Assembly (NCBI RefSeq): GCF_000237865.1
Contig: NC_017457.1
Span: 30,001 to 62,000 of the forward strand
Reading direction: 5' to 3'
Length of the DNA: 32,000 nucleotides
DNA from: Haloquadratum walsbyi C23
GTDB lineage: Archaea; Halobacteriota; Halobacteria; Halobacteriales; Haloferacaceae
Shown here: piece after piece, positions 28,169 through 32,000 of the stretch
Position numbering within the stretch: position 1 is the stretch's first letter
Layout of the letters: each line of letters opens with the position of its first letter
Notes under the pieces: model-generated
The model's input: only the letters and a program-made list of their open reading frames with translations
Told to the model about the DNA's origin: nothing
Database searches by the model: none
Made by a program: the position numbers and the translations under genes

Positions 28169-29251
28169 TTACGTTGGTAGTTCTGCATTCACTGGACCGA
28201 TATCTTCCCTGTAACGGAAGTATCCAGCTTCAGATAGCTCGTTTGCTAAGTGATGGCGATGACAAAAATGATCCTGATCTCCCTGTGGTTTTGGGAATTT
28301 TTCGATGCACATCAGTGCTGGCTTCCCAGACTCTTCGAGAAACTCACCGAACTGCTCAAATTTGTCGTCCTGATGTATACTCCACATATACCAATTTTCA
28401 AAACAATCGTGTCCAATGGCTTGCTGTTTATATGGTTCAACGATAACTCGTGGAACACCAAAGTCGGGCTTATGAATATACTCAATACCATCTATGTTTG
28501 AGAACTGATTTTCTAGTACATCTACGTTGAACTCTGGCTTGTACATTGATTCGCCGGAGGCACGGACATCGACCAAAATGTCTATTTCATTCTCCCGGAG
28601 TTCGTCAACTAACTCAGTGAATTCTTTTCCGCTGTACCCCACTGTGGCAATGGTATCATTCTTAAATCGCTCCAAACGATCACGAGCTTCGTCACGACTC
28701 CACCCGTTCTCAATGAGTCGGGTGGTAAACTCCTCCTGATCTTCTTCAGGGAGCTGAGCGATGACTAACCCTTTTCTTGCCGCTAAGTCCCCGCTCTTTA
28801 CACGTCTGTACACCGAATCAGCTAAATCCATCACCAGCGTGATTTTATCCTGAACTGTCCGTGGCGCCAACCCAGTTATATCACCAATTTCCTCTTCAGA
28901 GAGATCGTAGTCGGTGTAAAGTTCCTTGCAGAGTTCTCCGATCTCTTCATCTTTCATCTCTTTCTGCATTTTGTTCGTTTTCACAGCAAGACCACGAGCG
29001 CTTTCATCTCCGAGGTCTTTGATGGTAGCCTCAATCTCTGACCAGTTCAGACGCCGTGCAGCCTCAAGTCGATGACTTCCTGATATAACCTCATACTCAA
29101 CATCTTTTTGTCCCGACGCAGGGCGAGCGATGATAGGGTTCCATTGACCATCCTCGGCAAATGACTCTCTTATATCCTCCACATGGTCATCATCAATTTC
29201 CTCTCGAATCTGGAAGTCTGGCAAATCTATTTTGCTAAGAGCTACTTTCAT
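28169..29251 (-). CDS. ParB/Srx-like N-terminal domain plus HTH, fused to a DUF488 domain
   Basis: I take ATG 29251 (MKVALSKIDLP...) as the start. EYEVISGSHRLEAARRLNW is the ParB-type GxxR box and EEIGDITGLAPRTVQDK is an HTH. The C-terminus TIATVGYSGKEF...DILVDVRASGES.YKPEF...IEYIH.PDFGVP...ALMCIEKFP......CHRHHLA is the DUF488 pattern. Confidence 0.85.
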   Translation of the reverse strand: MKVALSKIDLPDFQIREEIDDDHVEDIRESFAEDGQWNPIIARPASGQKDVEYEVISGSHRLEAARRLNWSEIEATIKDLGDESARGLAVKTNKMQKEMKDEEIGELCKELYTDYDLSEEEIGDITGLAPRTVQDKITLVMDLADSVYRRVKSGDLAARKGLVIAQLPEEDQEEFTTRLIENGWSRDEARDRLERFKNDTIATVGYSGKEFTELVDELRENEIDILVDVRASGESMYKPEFNVDVLENQFSNIDGIEYIHKPDFGVPRVIVEPYKQQAIGHDCFENWYMWSIHQDDKFEQFGEFLEESGKPALMCIEKFPKPQGDQDHFCHRHHLANELSEAGYFRYREDIGPVNAELPT

Positions 29252-29552
29252 AACTACTTTTATACAGGATACGAAGTAAAACACTTTCTTAATAATTATA
29301 CAGTTGATACGATATGCATAGTGTGAGACATAGCTAGGCATATGCAGACGTTGATGACGTCTACTCCATGGCTCTGAAGTACTAGATGTACAGATCTTGT
29401 TCTGTCCTGATGCCTGTTTTATTATTCATTGATATATATTTATTATCTTCTGGGCTATCTATGGATAAGTATCTAAAAATCAATTAACTCAGAGTTCGGG
29501 CAGCTCTGAAATTAAGATCATATTGAGTCTTTCTCAAAATCTGGAGGCATAA

Positions 29553-30359
29553 TCAGTTCCGTTCGGCAGGATGTACAAATTCTGTACTAACCTTTGGATA
29601 CTCACTCCATAATGGGTCGTATATTGGAATGTTATCTTTCATCCATATAATATTAATAGAAATAAACGATGTTCGCTGATTATTCTGGTTCCCGACAAGA
29701 ATCCAGTGATTATAATTATTGCTATCAAATTGATAAAAACTTTCCAGCTTAGCAGCAGAACTAATATTATATTTTTCAATGGCACGATATCCGCCCCACT
29801 CTAACAAGGTTTTATTATGATATCCTTGTTGAGTTTGGCAGCTAGAACAAGTAAACTGAATCCGGATTTCTCTATCAAACTCTTCTCTTGTTTCGGGACG
29901 CCATCTTTCCATTTCCTCGAACAGCTTCGCTTGGGTCAACCCGTCACTATCATCTTCCCATTCTTTCAGCTCCAGCCCACTAATTGATTTGGGTCGTATG
30001 ATTCCAAGACTTCGACCTCTTTGTTTGATTGACTCAACGCATTCATCCTCAAGTTGGGTGAGAAGTGTAGCCCGCTTCTCACGTTGATATTCTCCCGTCT
30101 TTTTAACACAGGAAGATTGGTTTCTACGTCCCAACTTCCAACTTTCATCACGGTTATCTTTCGGGTTTCGCTTTGCCTCAACTTCAACGATGTCCCATCT
30201 TTTGAACAATTTTTTCCTAGGTTTACACGGGTAAAGTCGAATAAAGCCACGGTGTTTTGACCACGCACCAGTACAGGTAGTGAGATCTCCACCACTGATC
30301 TCTTCTGGAGCAGCTCTACCTAAAATAACGACATCTTCTAACGTTTGCGAGGGGGTCAC
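29553..30359 (-). CDS. orphan hypothetical protein (268 aa, GTG start)
   Basis: The only long frame here, and less acidic than its neighbours. It has an RWDIVEVEAK segment (a possible D...ExK), a CSSC pair and a WxLVGNQ C-terminal block. I recognise no family. Confidence 0.65.
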   Translation of the reverse strand: MTPSQTLEDVVILGRAAPEEISGGDLTTCTGAWSKHRGFIRLYPCKPRKKLFKRWDIVEVEAKRNPKDNRDESWKLGRRNQSSCVKKTGEYQREKRATLLTQLEDECVESIKQRGRSLGIIRPKSISGLELKEWEDDSDGLTQAKLFEEMERWRPETREEFDREIRIQFTCSSCQTQQGYHNKTLLEWGGYRAIEKYNISSAAKLESFYQFDSNNYNHWILVGNQNNQRTSFISINIIWMKDNIPIYDPLWSEYPKVSTEFVHPAERN

Positions 30360-30547
30360 AGGTCCACCTCATATTCACCGAGACTCACTAATGAGCTGGT
30401 GATACAAGCCATGTCAATACATAACTATGTCAATCCATATAAATTTACGTCCACAAATAACTCAATTAATACAAACGACTAATATGATTATGTTTAACTT
30501 ATAATAGGCAACACAAGTTAGATAGAGACATTGAATACGATTCCGCC

Positions 30548-30787
30548 TTATTCCTCTCCTGCTTCTTGTGCTTCGATAGTCAATTCGCCCCGTTCAGTTA
30601 GTGAATAGACCTTCCGACGCCCCTCTTGTTTTCCTTTAATATACCCAGCGTCCTCCAGCTGTTGCATATGCTCATATATCGTAGGGCCTTGCTTCCCGAG
30701 TTCATCTGCTAGCGCATAGCCGTGTCGTGGCTCTTCACGGAGCTTTTCGAGAATCTGGCGTTTTGCGTCTGTCAGCGTAAGTCCCAT
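30548..30787 (-). CDS. PadR-like winged-helix transcriptional regulator
   Basis: RHGYALADELGKQGPTIYEHMQQLEDAGYIKGKQEGRRKVYSLTERGE matches the PadR hallmark (hGY...Y..L..Le..G.i....grrk.Y.lT..G). Divergent from the methyltransferase operon. Confidence 0.85.
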   Translation of the reverse strand: MGLTLTDAKRQILEKLREEPRHGYALADELGKQGPTIYEHMQQLEDAGYIKGKQEGRRKVYSLTERGELTIEAQEAGEE

Positions 30788-30870
30788 TCAATCTTTGATT
30801 AGGATAGATAGGTAATAAGATATACATATGCAAACACCTATGCATAGATGAAATACTATTTATAATCGCA

Positions 30871-31608
30871 ATGGTGGAACAGACAAGTAACTCTATGTCC
30901 AAAAAGACTAGTAATCAAATGTATATCGTTGATCTCAGGGAAGCAGTTTCCAGTAATCAGACGCTTAGGGAGGCACTCACTGAGTCAAATAGCCTCTGGA
31001 AGCCTCTCTATAACCGCATGGGTTCTTCAGAAACTCTTTGGATCATCGTTTCAAATGAATATCGAGGCGGGAAAATGTGGCCTGCTGCGATGGCTGCAGC
31101 TGATTACATTAGAAATCAAGCGAGTTTTATTTTGAAAAATACTATTACCGTCCATAATATTTCTGATGATAATAATGTTGCGGATATGATTTCTGCGTAC
31201 AATGAAATTCTCTTTTTTGTTAAAGACAAACGTAATTATCAGTTTCACAAAGATGAAATTCGTGTCTCACATGTGTATGAAGGAAATGAGTGGGGAGGTG
31301 AGAGAGAGAAAGGAACTAGCGCATACCATGATACTGAAGTCCGTCGGTACAACCCAGACGGGAAGGATCCTGGTAATGTGTGGCTTGAGGAAGACCGATC
31401 ACAAACCCCAAATCAAGAACTTGACGAAACCAGACCGATTCCATTTGATGAAAGTATCCGCCGATGCATTCGGGTTGGGTCGCAGGAAAAAGAAAAAATC
31501 CACACCATTTGGGCCACTAATCTAGCAGATATCATAACGTGCGAAAATCGGGAATTCATTGAAGTTGATGTCGATGTCCTCCAATCTGAGTCCGAGAGAA
31601 AATCATGA
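30871..31608 (+). CDS. catalytically degenerate paralogue of a beta-class N4/N6 DNA methyltransferase (start may be ATG 30895)
   Basis: It retains MTase framework blocks: LWIIV..., FILKNTITVHN, YNEILFFVKDKRNYQFHKDEIRVSH, YNPDGKDPGNVWLEE and RPIPFDESIRRCIRVGS. No (D/S)PPY motif is present, and the DPFxGSGTT AdoMet site is replaced by HTIWATNLAD. Its stop overlaps the ATG of the next gene (ATGA at 31605-31608). Confidence 0.75.
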   Translation: MVEQTSNSMSKKTSNQMYIVDLREAVSSNQTLREALTESNSLWKPLYNRMGSSETLWIIVSNEYRGGKMWPAAMAAADYIRNQASFILKNTITVHNISDDNNVADMISAYNEILFFVKDKRNYQFHKDEIRVSHVYEGNEWGGEREKGTSAYHDTEVRRYNPDGKDPGNVWLEEDRSQTPNQELDETRPIPFDESIRRCIRVGSQEKEKIHTIWATNLADIITCENREFIEVDVDVLQSESERKS

Positions 31609-32000
31609 ATACTGTCAATTCCATTGATGCACTGAGTGTCTATTGGCAATCAAGCGAGGACATGAGTATCGTTGAGCCTGAGAGTGTTCAAACCGTCATC
31701 ACCTCTCCACCATACTGGGATCTCAAGGATTACGGGCATGAAGACCAGATTGGGACTACTGATGAATCGTATGAACACTATCATGACCGCATGAAAACTG
31801 TCTGGAAGGAGTGCTATGATGTTCTTAGAGAAGATGGGACAATGTGGATTGTTGTGGACACAGTCATGGAACGAGGTGATCTCCAGTTGCTTCCATATCA
31901 TATCATTCAGAAGGCAGAAGAAGTCGGGTTTGTGTCTCAGGATTTAGTCACTTGGTACAAGCCAACTGCTATCGCAGGGATGACAGATCGAAATATTGTG
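31605..32000 (+). CDS. DNA methyltransferase, N6_N4 (beta-class) family, SPPY motif; 5' partial, runs off the window
   Basis: Hand translation gives MNTVNSIDALSVYWQSSEDMSIVEPESVQTVITSPPYWDLKDYG...REDGTMWIVVDTV...LVTWYKPTAIAGMTDRNIV, with no stop before 32000. It is absent from the ORF track because it is open-ended. Confidence 0.85.
   Translation, partial: MNTVNSIDALSVYWQSSEDMSIVEPESVQTVITSPPYWDLKDYGHEDQIGTTDESYEHYHDRMKTVWKECYDVLREDGTMWIVVDTVMERGDLQLLPYHIIQKAEEVGFVSQDLVTWYKPTAIAGMTDRNIV

Noticed and set aside
28174-28739. Plus-strand ORFs antisense to the ParB-DUF488 gene, and the 30-codon N-terminal extension to 29341
   Set aside because: The antisense ORFs lack features. The extension (MPSYVSHYAYRINCIIIKKVFYFVSCIKVV) is AT-rich promoter-like sequence, so I prefer ATG 29251.
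31650-31901. Minus-strand ORF 31650-31901 and others antisense to the methyltransferase genes (31051-31248, 31413-31649)
   Set aside because: They lie opposite clearly motif-bearing methyltransferase frames.
1-32000. Search by eye for rRNA, tRNA, integrase, transposase and cas genes
   Set aside because: I recognised none. Any claim that this is an integrated provirus or an IS-bounded transposon is therefore unsupported from this window alone.

Overview
Low-GC, gene-sparse DNA: by my calls only about half of the 32 kb is coding. Most predicted proteins are strongly acidic, so this looks like a haloarchaeal accessory or plasmid-like region, similar in style to Haloquadratum; that assignment is an inference from composition only. 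Left part (1-3.3 kb): an orc1/cdc6 initiator gene surrounded by perfectly conserved 23-nt ORB-like boxes, which marks a replication origin. Middle (3.3-20 kb): long non-coding AT-rich stretches carrying several repeat families. These are a ~450-bp palindrome-bounded element in 3 copies, a TTATGTAA-N25-27-TTACATAA hairpin family in 4-5 copies, a 42-bp G-rich tandem array, a 140-bp ORB-carrying repeat, and a 400-bp MITE-like element with a (TAC)n microsatellite. Between them sit small acidic ORFs, two zinc-ribbon membrane paralogues, a NucS-like/RAMA nuclease, a zinc-finger operon, wHTH proteins and decayed gene fragments. Right part (21-32 kb): a defence and DNA-modification island. It contains an Mrr-like nuclease, a GmrSD (DUF262-DUF1524) protein fused to an AlbA_2/Schlafen-like domain, a three-gene cassette of unknowns, a ParB-DUF488 fusion, an orphan 268-aa protein and a PadR-like regulator. 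Divergent from these lies a translationally coupled pair: a catalytically degenerate methyltransferase paralogue followed by an SPPY-motif DNA methyltransferase that is truncated by the window end. I rate this last locus (28.2-32 kb) the best candidate for an undescribed system. I recognised no rRNA, tRNA, CRISPR array, integrase or transposase.
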